Positions 37,531 through 51,808 of a stretch of 64,000 nucleotides of DNA are shown here, one piece after another (position 1 is the first letter of the stretch; each line of letters starts with the position of its first letter). The DNA is taken from the NCBI GenBank assembly GCA_047495785.1, contig JBLDXI010000034.1, positions 806,001 through 870,000 on the forward strand, given 5' to 3'. This DNA comes from Lepidodermella squamata. Its lineage: Eukaryota > Animalia > Gastrotricha. The position numbers and the translations under genes are program-made. The notes below the pieces were generated by a model. The model did not search any database, was not told where the DNA came from, and saw only the letters and a program-made list of their open reading frames with translations.

Positions 37531-40500
37531 ATGATGCAAGTTCACGGAATACTTTTTCTCACGATAATGCCGGCTCTAACATACGCCGGAGGTTCGTATT
37601 TTATTCAGATTTGAACCGGTTAGAAATCTATGGTAGATTAGGTGGTCCTACTCCCGCACCTTCCACGAGTTCTCCACATTCCACAGGTCCTTACACAACT
37701 CCACCGGGCTATACTGCAACTATCATTGATGACCGTTCCGTGCCTGATGGAAAGGTTTCAACGTCGCTGTTTCTAGCATCCACAGGCGTACTTGTTGATC
37801 TGCCTTCTGTGGCTCTGTCTGGTACTGCAATAGCATCTAAAAATGCAAGTGATTTTAGCCGTTTTACACATTTAATTCGTTTCTCGTTGTAGAGCCTCAA
37901 CAGCTTAGGCGACAGTGTCCTTATCGAGACTAAATTCACATTTGCAAGTTGGGTGACATTCCAACAGGCGGACACTTTTGCGATTTCAATCATTCCGAAA
38001 TACGCCTTCTCAGTATTACCATCATGTATTCCTACTAGTAGCGATTGGTTTGCGTGCCTCCGAATTTCCAATATAACCGGCCTGGCAGTCTACGTGAAAC
38101 CTGCCCTCAATTTCATGTATATATTCGCAAATTCGAAGCCGGATATCAGTAAACCGAACACTATTGCGGCATGGGACGACAAGCTATTAGGCTGTAATTT
38201 CCCGAAAGGAACCCTTTCCAATTCAATCTATGTATACCTGCGAAGAATCGGCGATGCTTTCTCTATATCTTACGCCGTCGATCCCAACCCGAGCTCAGCT
38301 ACTAACTGCACGTCATTCAGCAGTGCCGCAGCGTTTCCGGCTGATGAACAACTCTACTTGGTTGTTTCGGCTTCAGAGCTTTTGCCAGTCACGTTGAACG
38401 ATCTGCGTGTTTACAAATTGGATGAATCTCTGCAAACAAGTGAGCACTTTTACATGGGTTTTATTCTGTAATTTTTGCAATATCATGTTCAAAAGCTACG
38501 ACCGCTTCAACTAGTTCAACAGCGGGTAACCAAGTTTGCTTTTACGCGCTGATATTTAATAAAAAAAATGTCCACATATATTTCAGCTGGAGGCGCGAGC
38601 TGCGTGCCTGGATCAATACTTCAAGGTAGATTTAAATTTTGAAGATAAATGTGAATGAAATTCTTAGGATATTTAGAAAGGAGGATGAGAAAATAATAAA
38701 GCTTGGTGAAAATTCCCAAGCTGGAACATCCCAAGCACCTTGAGAAATGAAGCCTAAGAGGAATCTAGGGGTCGAGGTGACTGAGGTGGCTTGAAGATTT
38801 TCCAGCTTAGGAGTTTCTCCTAAATTTCTACTTCTAAATTATAACTTAAACATTTTCTCGGTCAGTTTTGCCAAACAATTGATTAAGCTTGGCATTTTTT
38901 AGCTCCAATAAATTAGGATTAAACATTGCGTATCTAAATTTCAATTAGGGCGTCGCTGAAACGGATGTTGCCTGAACCATATTTCTTTTAACAGCTCCCA
39001 TAATAGTGATGCGACAAGATCCGAACAGTTATCAATGCAGCGAGCACTATGCATTCCCCGGAGCGGACTTCGCCCCGGCGTATGGCAATTTGGAAACTAT
39101 CGGAAGCTCCGTTTTAATGGGCCAGAACAATGACCAGGGCTTAGTTTTTAATGAGGTGAGTTGTCGCAAACTGAACTTGACTCTAAACAAGGGTTCCTTC
39201 CGAATCTCAAGGATGTTAAGTGGATTGGCTCGACAGGTTTTGCTCTTGACATATCACTGAATGTCGCTGACACTACAGGCCGCAATTCTTTCGGCATTTT
39301 CATCGCGCCAAATACAAACTTCATCTACGATTGCCCGATGACACGAGATTCGACAGCGAACATGTGTTTCAAGATTGGGCAAACACTCGGCCTGGCAATT
39401 GTCGTTCACGTGGGCAAGAACACTATCTACCATTACGCGGCTATGGATTCACCACTGGCTATAAATACCATTGCACCGACTACGGGTATGGGGTGCGAGC
39501 CAGTATTCCCTTCTGGCTCGTTCGATATGAGAATCGTCATCGAAAAAATAGGAAAAACGTTTTTCATCCATTATTCTTTATCGAGCAGCCTGAGTGACTT
39601 GAAGGCTTGCAGTAGCATTGAGGCTGCAAATCTGACATCTGGCAAACTAGCGGATACTCGAATAGGGATTACAACGCTCAAGCTGACAGTTTTGAAGATC
39701 AAAAGCATCGAGTTTTATACGGCGGACATTCCCTCAACATCAACGACTACTACTACAACAACGTCTTCACTGCCGCAATCGACGACTCCTATTTCTACGT
39801 CAACAAGTATTGCAACATCAGCCTCCACGCTATCGACATCTTCAACAGGTGAGCATAATAGGAATAAGACATATTAAGGGCATATAGGATTTAATTGAGG
39901 TTAAAATAAAAGCTGAAACGGTAAGCTAAGATTTTCCATGAATTTCAGCGAACCCCGCGATGATGCCGTGTTCGCCTGGAGCTGCTTTTCAAGGTAAAAT
40001 TCACTCGCGAATCACTCCCTTCCTCCCTTGAAGCTTATAGTTTGATGTGATTTAGCTCCTAACAGTGTTCTACAACGAGATCCTAAGACTTACCTGTGTC
40101 GCAGCGAATTCGCTCATCCCGGAGAAAATTTCCGCGCGACCGGAGATGGCGTCGAAAATGTCCCTGGCCCAACGAGCTTTGGAACTAACGATGACAACGC
40201 CATTCTCTCTAGCAAGGTAATTTTACAGAAATCCAGGGTTTTAAGTTTAATTTCTCGTTACAGTCAATCAAATTCGTGAATACGAGTGGATTCATAGTGG
40301 ATGTGTCATTAACAATCAAAGCCAGTGCTGATCGGGATGCGTTTGGTGTCTTTATCACACCTCGTAGTCGAATCTCGGAAATTATTTGTCCAGGCAACGA
40401 CCGAAGCGTCATAAGTATGTGCCTGAACACTGGCGCATTTCGGGGTTTCGCGGTTTTCGTTCTCCTTAAAGCGGGCAAAATTTATACAGCCTCTTCGACT

Positions 40501-42855
40501 GACAAGGACAATGCAATCAATCCTACAGTGGATATTCCCACGGATGAAAGCCGGAAATGTGATCTCGCGGTTCCAGTACCATCTACCCAATTCGATTTTC
40601 GTTTGGTGATTGAAAGAGCTAGCGAAACAGCCTTTATCTACTATTCGACATCGAGCGACCCAAATTCTCTGAATTCCTGTTGTAAACAAAACGTTGAAGG
40701 GCTGACTGTGAGAAGTGAAGATCCAGTCATTGCTATCGGGACCATGGCAAAGACTGCCTTGACAGTTGAAGGCGTTGAATTTTACATGGCTGAAGATTCT
40801 ACAGCCAGTACATCTTTGAGCACAACGCCCCAACGTCTATCAACATCGGCATCGAATTCTATCTCAGTAGCCCTTACTCCCACTTCGGAAGTCCCGGAAA
40901 TCGCCTTATCAGAGCAGTATAACTTCAAAAATGACATGTCTTACATCGGAGTTGAAGGTAAGCCGTTAGTGTTAATAACTCAAGCTTCGATTTGATTGAT
41001 TTCAGGTAAAAATTATTACCTGCTAAGAAGTCCTGTCGCGAACCATCCTACCGGCTTTGCTCAGTTCGGAGTTGATCCTAGCTACGATGGAGTTATGATG
41101 TCGAAATTTGTTAAATTTCTTTTGCTCTACTTCACTTTCTTCATTCAAATCTTGATCTAGGTTCTCGATGATATGAACATCATCAATTGGCGGTTAGAGG
41201 CTTCGTTCTATATCGACAGGCCTGGGCAGCTGTTTTCGATATTCGTAGCCCCTAGATCATCCATGCCCGATGTAGTTGAGAACTGCGATGTTACAGGAAA
41301 TCAAGTCATGTGTTTGAACATGAGAGCATTGCGTGGTTTCGTAATCTACATCAAGCCAACCCAAGGCATCATCTACCCGTTCGTCTCCGAGCGAAACGCA
41401 ACTGATGCTCCGTTGCAGGTGCTTCCTTACGACGACCCTCGGTATCTGGGGAAGAGCTGCAACGTAACAATTATCGGAAACCAAACGATTGACATAGTGG
41501 TCGAAGCTTTCGATAATGTGGCGGCGGTTTACGTTAAATCTCCTACGTACAGCCTATGCTTCACTACGGAGATAAGCCCGAATCTCATGAAAATGGGCGA
41601 TGTTCGCCTTGGCGTTGGGGTCAGGTCTGGGACGCGTTTCGATCTAACAAAGCTTGCGTTTTTCAATATTACAAGTTATGATCCGGAATTATCCGGGGAA
41701 CTCAGTATTGCAGAAATTGTGTCTCTAATAGTTTCACATGGAATTACTGATAGATCGACCAAGGATTTTCTCCAGTATCTCTATCCTGACTTCCCGCATG
41801 ATACATCAAAGCCTGGTATAACCGCCGAAGAGTTGCTAAGTTATTGCGACGATTTCTCGGTTGAGCGAATGGCTCCTCCTAACAATGGCAATTCCACCCC
41901 GGTCACCACCGTATTCCTGATCGATAAAATCGTTAAGATGGATGATGCTAATGAGAGATTCACGATCAGTGGTCTATATTTACAGAACTGGGTGGTTTCA
42001 ACTTGTAACCTACAATCGAAACATATCTTCTCGGTCAGAAAAATTGATCGTTTATTCGCTGTTGATAAATCCATCGTCTGGTATCCTGAGTTCTTATTCT
42101 TATCGAGCAGTGATGATATCTACATGAAAGGCGATAGCTTTGATGATGATATGGTGGCGCTTCTGAAGAGGAAAGGCGCAACTGGTTTGGATATCTTGTT
42201 TTTCCAGCTGAAACAAGGCTTCTTCTCGACTGAATGCCCGCTTGATATCTCGAAATTTCCCTTTGATTCTCAAACTTGCGAGTTCACTTTTTCACAGCAA
42301 CAATCGACTGATCTTGTGAAATTTGGCGACGTTTTCTTTATTTGCCCAGGACAAGGCTCGACGGAGTGGAGAATCTCGGAATGCCAGGCTACGTGGACAA
42401 CCATTCGCCAATCTGGCCATGATGTTGTAACAGCGACGTTTCAAGCCAAAATTAGTAGGAAATCTGCGTACTACGTGGCGAATTCTATCGGACCGAGTTT
42501 GCTATTGGCTCTACTGGAACTAGCAACCTTTGTCATGCCTTCGAATCAACCCGATCGACCTATGTTTTCAGTCACTTTGTTGCTAGCTCTGACTGTTGCA
42601 ATGTCGAATGTCCTGAGCCAAGTTCCTCATTCTTCGAAGCGAGTATTTCTGGGTGATTACGTTCTATGTCTTACGATGATTGCTGCCGCTATCACGATAT
42701 ATCATCTCTTCGCTTGTTTCCTGGCAAATACAGGCGATAAAAAGGAGCGAAAAGCCAGTGGACTGATGAGGAAACTTGATTATTTTGCAATTGTATTGGC
42801 TATGGCAGCATTTGCCGGTCTTCAAATATACGCATACAAAACAATACTTGGCTGA
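37531..42855 (+). CDS. Second copy of the 4-lectin-like-domain Cys-loop channel at 2468-8694
   Basis: ATG 37531 (MMQVHGILFLTIMPALTYAG), same exon structure, terminal ORF 41173-42855 identical in protein to 7012-8694. Lacks the intronic foldback element. Confidence 0.85.
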
Positions 42856-43481
42856 AGTTGGTATACATTTTTTCATCTAAAACAGCTATCAAATTTAGGA
42901 AACCTCTTGTCTCCAGTCTCTGGATCCTTTCGTGTTTTGAAAATAAGTATATTCTTCTCAAGTGATGAAATTCTACTACATTAAAAATGCACAATATTCA
43001 GCAATGTACACCTCTGCTTCTTATATAAAATTTTGCTGCTATTAATTGGTAGAATTGTTTCTGGAACTATTCATCACCAGTAAATTTTCAACCTAATGTC
43101 TCTTTTGCTTCATCATATAAATTTTCGTCAGTCTTCATTTTGCTGCTAAGGACCGGTGACTGGTCTGTTAGGGATGATTACTAACATGCCTAGTGGTACT
43201 TCGCTCTCAGTTTTGCTGGTTATGCTAAATAGTTCTTATTCAACGGCTAAAAAACCGACATTGGCGGTAGACAATATTCAACAAAAAATTATTAATAAGC
43301 TTGATCAAACAATCCTATACATTATTTGTTTACGCGATGCTTCCATGAGCTTTCAATTTATTAGGATTGGAAAAAAATATTTTGCAGATTTTTAGCTGCG
43401 GAAATTAAGATTGAGCAGATCTAGGTAGAGATTGTTTTAGATCCAACAACATTTAATTCGCTAAGCCTATCGTTAAATGAA

Positions 43482-46400
43482 ATGTTTCGCCTCTCTCTAA
43501 TTTGTTCATGCCTCTGTTGGCTGACTTCAGCTGCTCAGGGTATGGTTTTATTCGGGATTTTCTATTTGCTGTAATTCCCTTCTTGATCATTCAACAGTAC
43601 CTCGCGTCCCAGTGAATGGCTTTAAGGCGACTCTCATCAGCGATTATTCACTAGAGAGTGCCAGCCCACCTAAGATCTCAACATCGTTGTGCAATGTTTC
43701 TGCAAATTGCGCTGCCGGCAAGTCATACATAGCGTACCCAAACTCAACAGACGGTGGCTTCATTTTCAAAAAGGCAAGACTACATAATACAGAATGGAAG
43801 ATTTTAGTGTCATCCCTTTCCATCGCAGAGTCTCAAATCTGTGTTTCAAAATTTTCACATTGAGGTGAAATTCTCAACTGTAGACGTTTTTTTCGATGAA
43901 TCGAATGCTTTTGCTGTTGCCTTGGTGCCATCTCAGAAGTTTTCAACCAACTGCCCGGGTAACAGTGGCTGGTATGCCTGTATTGGGATTGTTGATTTTC
44001 GCGGTGGGGCAATTTTTGTAAAACCAAGACTTAACATGGTCCTGATGTACGGTAAGGCCACGAGCAGTTCAATTTTGCCTGGACCTGCAACATCTCTCGG
44101 TGGCGGAACGTACGGTTGCCCGTTACAGAATTTCTTCTATGGCTTGCAAGTGAATTGGCTGTATATCGACAAAATCGGGAATAATCTATCAGTTTCGTAC
44201 GCGAATAAAACAGATTCTCCCAAGTACTGCTCGTCGATGGTAGCCGACCTCACCTTCCCAGCCACGGAAGACATTTACTTGGCCTTTTCAGCAACTAAAG
44301 GCTTACCCGTCTTCATAGGGCAAATCGATTTCTACTCCCTGGAAGATTTGTCAACATCAAGTAAGCAGTTTTTGTTATGCGAACTTTTTTAATATCCTTA
44401 AACAAAGCTGCCACCCCGGCTGGCAAGCAAACAACTATAGGTTTGTGAATTTTGTTGGCTCAACTAAAAATGATGTTCGATCTATTTAAACACAGCTGAC
44501 TACGCTTTAACCACCTGCTTGGATGGAGATAACCCAAGAGGTGAAATCAAATTTTACTAGGTCGATTTTGCTAATGAACTCGGGAGATGATTGTTAAACA
44601 GGGCCCAGTGGTGGTTTCCAGCTTGATCCAACCAGATATGCGTGTAATAGCAAGTACGGCTATCCGCCATGGACTCAATACTCGGCTGCTAACCAAGTTG
44701 ATGCGGATTTGCTTGTCGAAAATGGTTTGAATGTGTTTGGCAGCAGCGATGACAATGTTCTCTACTCAAAATATGTATGAAAGTCAACATTTTAGATTAA
44801 TTTCTATATTAGAATTACGGACAAAATCATTTGATATCGCCTTTCATCACAAGAAGAGACGAAAGACGTTGAAAAGAGACTGAAGTTGTTGTGTAATGCC
44901 CTGAACTCTTGTTATTAAACAGTCATTTGACGAGAGAGATTTTCTCATCGACGTATCGCTGCAAACGCTGGAGCAAACATCTCGTGATGCCTTTGGTGTT
45001 TTCATCGCTCCGGCGGATCGTTTTGTAACAACCAACTGCCCGTCGAACGAATGCGACGCCGAGTGCATGTGTGTAAAAGCACCGGAAATGATCGGCCTAT
45101 CCGTTATCGTGCAACTAAAAACTGGACGGATCGCTATTTTCTCAACCCCACCTAACGTTCAGAAATCGTTCACTCCTTCATCAAGCGTGCCTACGGATCC
45201 GTCGCAATTCTGCACCCGAACCTTCGGAGCTGCAGCCTTTGATTTTCGCATTGTAATCGAACGAGTTGCGGACATGGTTTACGTGTACTACTCAACGTTG
45301 AACGATCCAACCCAGCTCACCTTCTGCGGGAATGCTAGTATCCCAGGGCTGATAACAGCAAGGTTGGCACCGATCTTGGGCGTTGGCACAATGCGGAACA
45401 CTATCGTGAAATTAAAGAGCATCAAGGTTTTCTCCGGTCAAGACGATTCAACCTCAACGAGTTCTACTCCAGCCATGACAACGAGCCAGCTTACAACTTC
45501 AACGACTGAATCTTTAGCACCATGGGCTACATCCGCCCCGATTTCATCTGCGAAAACACGATCTACAACGAATCCATATCAGACGCTTCAATCGACAACA
45601 GTTGAAAATGGATTATCTGACGATTTGAGTATTAAGGAAGTGATTGCTAAGTATGTCTCTTCAAAAGGGCTGACGGAAAATCCTAGAGACGTTGCTCGAA
45701 GGCTTTACCCTGATTTCCCACCTGATACTTCTCTGGCGTCAATAACTGCTTGGGAACTACTCCAGTATTGCGACGACTTCTCGGTTAATAGAACCGCTCC
45801 ACCTAACTATGGTCAGTCAACCAACGTTACGACTGTTTTCCTTATTGATCGTCTGGCTGGTATGGATAATGCTGGCGAGAGTCTAAGTGTAACGGGGCTG
45901 TTTTTACAAAACTGGAATGTTACTACGTGCCGTCTTCAGTCGAAGCACATTTTCTCAGTAAGGAAGAAGGACAAATTGTACGCGGTTGATAAATCAATCG
46001 TTTGGTGGCCTGACTTCACGTTCGAATCTAGTTCCAACGATATCAACATGGAAAGTGATGAGTTCGATGAAGACATAGTAGCTTTACTGACAAGAGTTGG
46101 CTACAGCGGCTTGAAAATCGGGTTTTTCATGGTGAAACAGGGCTTCTTTTCGACTGAATGCCCTCTTGAAATCTCGAGGTTCCCATTTGATTCTCAAACG
46201 TGTGATTTCGTATTTTCGCAGCAACAAGCTACTGGCCTGGTCGGTTTTGATGATGTTTTCTTTGTTTGCCCTGAGCAGGACTTCACGGAATGGGCATTTT
46301 CAGAATGTCAGACTACAACATCAATCGTTCGCCAATCAGGTCATGATGTTCTATCGGCGACTTTCCAGGCCAAAATTAGCCGGAAGTCTGCGTACTACGT

Positions 46401-46779
46401 GGCGAATTCTATTTGCCCAAGTTTGCTACTGGCCCTCCTGGAGCTTGCGACTTTTGTCATGCCTTCGGATGAGCCTGATCGGCCGATGTTTGCTGTAACG
46501 TTGCTGCTAGCTCTTACAGTTGCTATGTCTGATGTCTTGAGCCAGGTCCCGCATACTTCGAAGCGAATTTTCTTGAGCGATTACATTCTTGGACTGGCCA
46601 TGATTTCGGCTGCCATCACGTTGTACCACCTTTTCGCTTGTTTCCTAGCAAACAAAAGAGGCAAGGAGGAGCAGGAAGACACTGGGCTGATGAGGAAAAT
46701 CGACTTGGTTGCTGTTGCTTTAGCTATAGCTGTGTTCGCTGGTCTCCAGGGCTTTGCTTTAAAAACAATTTTCGGCTAG
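43482..46779 (+). CDS. Second copy of the 2-lectin-like-domain Cys-loop channel at 9321-12618
   Basis: Offset +34161 from copy 1. Matches through the lectin-like domains and diverges from ~46010 onward (CPLEISRFPFDSQTC). Confidence 0.85.
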
Positions 46780-47452
46780 CTTTCCTGTTTCAATGAGATG
46801 TTTTAATTGAAGATGTTTTCAAACTTTATTTCTTCTTCTATAGCTAACCTCTCTTGTCAACTTGGTGAACATCTTTCATCTTATGCATACGGATAAAATT
46901 CTGGAAATTGAAGCCAAGCTTTAAGATTCATTTAATTTTTTACCATTTCTTCAATCACGGTTTTTATTTTGAGCTATCAAGGAAAATAAGAAGCTGCCAA
47001 TTTTCGGCTAATTCGTCCCAAAGATTCATTTTGTTCCTAATACTTTCCTTTTATAAACGTTACAATACTCCCTCGATAAACGCCCGAGTCCCGGTTTCAG
47101 ACCCGTTCTCTCACCGTCTTTAGAATGTTGAGACTTTACAGGCCGGTCTCGAGTTTAGCTACTAGCATTACATATATATGGATGGACTCGCTTTGAATCG
47201 CTAATGAAACTTGAACTTCCATGAAAAAATTGAAAAATATTCATCCATTTATTTCTTTGCATGGTTCGATTGAATAATTATGATTCTTAGCTGAAATTAT
47301 AGTAACAATCGATTCCTCAATCAATGAGCGAGCAAGTCCAGTCAAATGAGGCTAAAGATCATTTCTCAAACGAAATTTGTACTTTCTGGTCACGATTTAG
47401 ATACATTGCTTGAGCATAACAAAGAGTTAACGCATGATTGAAACTGTCGCTG

Positions 47453-48061
47453 TCATTTGCGCCTTGCATTGACATGATAGCAGAAAATAATGGCTGCATC
47501 CGTGGATCTGTGACTACCTTTTCCTTTGGCCAGTTGCCCTGATCCAAGCACCTGTATAATGGGCATGGATAAGGGAAAGAAGAGCCGACATACGCCTTGC
47601 TCTAGCTTTTGGATACGCTCCAGAAACATCACAGCGCCTGCAATATCGGTACTAGTCTCGAAATTTTGTTGCAATCGACGCAAAACATCTTCGCAGAAAT
47701 GGCGGCAGTTGTTCTTCAAAAGGTTATAGCCCCTGCCAGCTGGCAACATCAACTTCAGCTTTGCGACAAAATCCGACCAGGAGACATTTCGGATGACCGT
47801 TGCCAATTGAATGTGGTCAAACTGGCTTCTGTCCAAGTAGTTTTCAGATTCCAATCGGAATATCTCGCACGTACCTCTGTCTTGCAAGTTGGCTACCTCG
47901 TGTATGTAGAATCGCCTGATGTAAAACGAAAGCTGTTTGCGTTCGAACAAAATAGCCGTGTGTTTCACGAGCGATTTTTCCCGGCTGTATTTGATGACGG
48001 AGACGTTGATGTCGATTGGAACATGGTCCGGGTTGATAATAGCAGACGCCATGCTTGCCAC
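47453..48061 (-). CDS. PPPDE/DeSI-like peptidase, copy 2
   Basis: KHTAILF and YNLLKNNCRHF; near-identical to 13276-13875. Confidence 0.65.
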   Translation of the reverse strand: MASMASAIINPDHVPIDINVSVIKYSREKSLVKHTAILFERKQLSFYIRRFYIHEVANLQDRGTCEIFRLESENYLDRSQFDHIQLATVIRNVSWSDFVAKLKLMLPAGRGYNLLKNNCRHFCEDVLRRLQQNFETSTDIAGAVMFLERIQKLEQGVCRLFFPLSMPIIQVLGSGQLAKGKGSHRSTDAAIIFCYHVNARRK

Positions 48062-48773
48062 GAGCCACGAGACGATCCGAAGTTTTGTGTTTTCAAAAAG
48101 TTGATGTTTACGCTTAACGGAAAATTATCATGAATCATGACAGTGACTTGTTTACTGAGCTGTTTACGACTTCTTATCTATCGGGTTATTTTCCGGTCTT
48201 ATCTATCTAGTTGCCCAATTATTTTCTGGTGGTAAACGGTGGCACATTTAATTGCACATTAAAATAACAAACAAATAAATCCAGCAACAGTAACTCGTTT
48301 TATTCATCAATTATCCCAGATAAGTGGCGTGTCCCACGCGTAAACAATTTGGTCAAAAATAACAGAGATAAAGCTTGTTTAGAGTCCGCCCGATAGAGTA
48401 GTAACAGTTTTAACAAATATATTTTGGTTTCATGTTTGGTTTCATGTTGCTCCTGTTGCATGTTGCAAGTTGGTTCAACAATTTAGCTCCTGCCACTACA
48501 ATATCTATAGGACGCTAAGATTAAAGCTTACAACCAATTTCGAACCACCTTGACGCCAAAGATACCAGAAAGATAAGGATCATGTCCGAAACAATTTCTA
48601 TCAGCCCCGCCGTAATAATTTGTTTATCTAATTGACTTCATTTGATAAGATTAGATTGCGCAATTTAAGCCTAGATTTGATAGTCTAATTATAGAAAATA
48701 TTCACCGCTTTGTGACTTAAAATCTGGAAGGCCGACTTGTATAATAGAATTAGCAAGACTGACAAAAATTGAG

Positions 48774-49959
48774 ATGCATGAACAGTTTGGCCCCACATCT
48801 GACGTCGATCTTGATGGGAAACAACTACCTATCGTCTACCATCCGGATTACAACATGGAAGCTTGGGGTTACGAGCGAATGCACGCTTTCGATTCCTCGA
48901 GGTGGGGCAAAATTGTCGACATTTTACAAGGTTTGATTCTCACCCTTTTAATGTACGCTATATCTGTTGAATGATGCTCAGATAAAGGGATCCTGCCAGA
49001 CGGCGCACGTTGCACGGTTCGCCCAGATGAAGTGACAGCTGAAGATCTGCTGACGATTCACAGTGAAAAATATCTGAAATCTCTATCGTGGAGCTACGAA
49101 GTAGCGCGAATTGCTGAGGTGCCGATATTAGCGCTAATTCCGAATAAATACCTTCAAGACAAATTACTACGACCTATTCGGCTACAAACAGGTGGGACTT
49201 TGTTAGCCTGCCGTCTGGCGCGTAAATTTGGATGGGCAATCAACATTGGCGGAGGCTTTCACCATTGCTCAAGGAACGAGGGCGGCGGTTTTTGCTTCTA
49301 CGCTGATATTCAACTGGGTAATTTGCGTTTTTTCACTAATCTACCTTAATTAATTCAATTAATTTCTAGGCATCAAGTATTTGATAGAATCTGAGCCCAA
49401 ATTAGAGAAAATTCTAATTGTTGATCTGGATGCCCATCAGGGCAATGGGTATGAAAAGGATTTTGTTGGTTTGAAAGATCGCGTTGTTATTATGGATGTT
49501 TACAATGGAGATATTTACCCAAAAGATGAATTAGCAAAAGGTATGTTCATATGTTCGGCTTAGATAACTGTCACAAAACGTTTTCATTCAGGTTCAATTA
49601 AATATCCTGTGATCCTGAAGACAGGGACAACCGACGAAACGTATCTCCCATTAGTTCGCGAAGCATTGGAGAAGGCACTGGAAGATGAAAGGCCAGATTT
49701 CTTCTTCTACAATGCTGGCACTGATATCATGTCTGCCGATCCGCTCGGTCAATTAATGATTAGCCCTAGGGGTATTATTCAACGTGATGAAATGGTTTTC
49801 GAGGCAGCGAGAAGGCGAAACATTCCTATTGTCATGGTGACTAGCGGGGGCTACAAACGAATCACGGCATTGGTCATTGCAGATTCGATAGAGAATTTGT
49901 GGACGAAAGGCCTGCTGAAACTTCCGCAGCGTTCTGATGTAATCAATGGGAAAACTTGA
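48774..49959 (+). CDS. HDAC11: Histone deacetylase 11, copy 2
   Basis: Same four-exon structure as copy 1; GGGFHHCS, DLDAHQGNGYEKD, YNAGTD, TSGGY. Confidence 0.9.
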
Positions 49960-50174
49960 TTTCCTGGACTTTTCATCACGAATTTGCTGATTGAACTCCT
50001 TCACGCGAGCCATTGCGTGTCTTCAACCTTGTTTCACTCGAATTATCAATAAATTTTAATATTTATGGATCACTGTGTTCGTTAAATAATTCCAGTGAAA
50101 ATAGTTAGCTTCTAGCTTAACATAATGTTTTCAAGTCCTGGAAATGACCCGAAAGTGACAAAGCGTGTCTCCTT

Positions 50175-51268
50175 TCATGGAATTTGAATGAGCTTGCCGT
50201 ATTTTTGCAGAAATTGTTCGAAATTCATCATTTTCGAGTTCAGCTTCCTTGACCCTTTCGGATCTCGAATGGCACCAATTTTATCCGGAAAATCATGCCA
50301 GGCCTGGAACATATTCCCCAGATCAGCTGCGCCGGGAAACGGAAATTTCCGGAACTCGTCAAACGGAACCGGGCGATACGCGATTTCTTCTCCGATAAAT
50401 TGTGAAATTTTCTCGAGATGCTCAGAAAAAGTTAAAAATTCACTGGCAATCGCGATCCTCCTGCCAATCCAGGTCGGATCTTTGAAAATTCCATAAGCAC
50501 ACCGACCGATATCGTCGGCAGCTATACCAGGAATTTTGATGTGCCCCCAAGGCACTGAAGACGATAGTTTGCCGTCAGGATCGCGATGAATTGGGAAAGC
50601 GCCGTTGTAGAAGTTGTCCCAGAAACAGGGCGTCATCATGTATGTAACAGGCTGATCGGCGAATAATTTGTCACAGAAGGCTTTTGTTTCGTAATGCGGC
50701 ACCTTGTATTTACCGTATAGAGTTGGCATTCGGTCATCACTCAGAGGTATCAATTTTGAAGTATCATCCAAGGTCGACCATATAACGTGTTCAATGCCAG
50801 CCTTCCTATTTTGAGAAAAGAAGAAGTTTCTTAAACAGCCAGTGCGCAAAAGGAGAGGGGATACCCCCACCCTCTCCCGATTGTCCCGAAATTTTCGAAA
50901 AAAGTATACCTCGAAGCATTGGCCATTGATTGAATTTGAGCAATTTCCTTATCCGGATCTTCCCAATCGATGAATGAGACGCAAAACAAGCCATACGAGC
51001 CTTTGATGGCCTCAGTTAGGGCGTCTTCATGATTCGCATCGACCTGAACCACTTCCACCCCTTTTTCAGCCAAGGACCTGGCTGCAGCAGAGTTGGCATC
51101 TCGGGTCAAAGCTCTGGCTTTAAATTCTGTATCAGGATCTTCTAAAATCGCTCGGACAACGCCACCGCCCTTAAAAAAATTATGATTCAATTGATAAATT
51201 AATGAAAAAATAATCACCTGCTGTCCTGTTGCCCCAATGACAGAAATGATTTTCTTCTCTGTAGTCAT
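50175..51268 (-). CDS. NmrA-like family NAD(P)-binding protein (NMRAL1/HSCARG-like), intact copy, 3 exons
   Basis: MTTEKKIISVIGATGQQ|GGGVVRAILED..RALTRD..|KAGIEHVIWSTL..VPHYETK..IAADDIG..FPGAADLGNMFQ; two short GT-AG introns. Confidence 0.9.
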
Positions 51269-51808
51269 TACAATTCGGGAAAATAATCAGGTGAGACCGG
51301 TTTTCAGAAGGAAGGATTCTACATGAGTGGTGAATGATGGCTGCTGTGTCTTATCTCTTATATAGGCTCCAGCTCACATAGGCATTTGATAAGACAGACA
51401 TCGGACATCGGACCTCAGACTTCAGACTTCACAGCAGCGCGACCGCAACGAACCATAAATTCCAAAATTGAAATTTACGGAATGCAGCAAGAACCTAAAT
51501 ATAAACCGGTTCCGCTCTAAGTATATGAGCGATTAGTTACTCAAATTTTATAATTTACGAGGGAGCATTGATCCGGCAGCGAATTCCTCTTCCGGGGTCT
51601 GCAAAATCATATTTTATTTTTTCGAGCTGATAGCTTTGTGGTTGGTGAGATGCAGTTCTCTCTCAACAAAATCCCATGCTGGCTTGGGTTCACCGATCGA
51701 TTAAAGTTCGGATTCGTGGAATGTCAATAAAACATGCTGAAATTGAATTTTCACAAGCACAGTGGAAGAGATCTGTCGAGCCAGGTATCGAGTTTTTACA
51801 GCACTTTG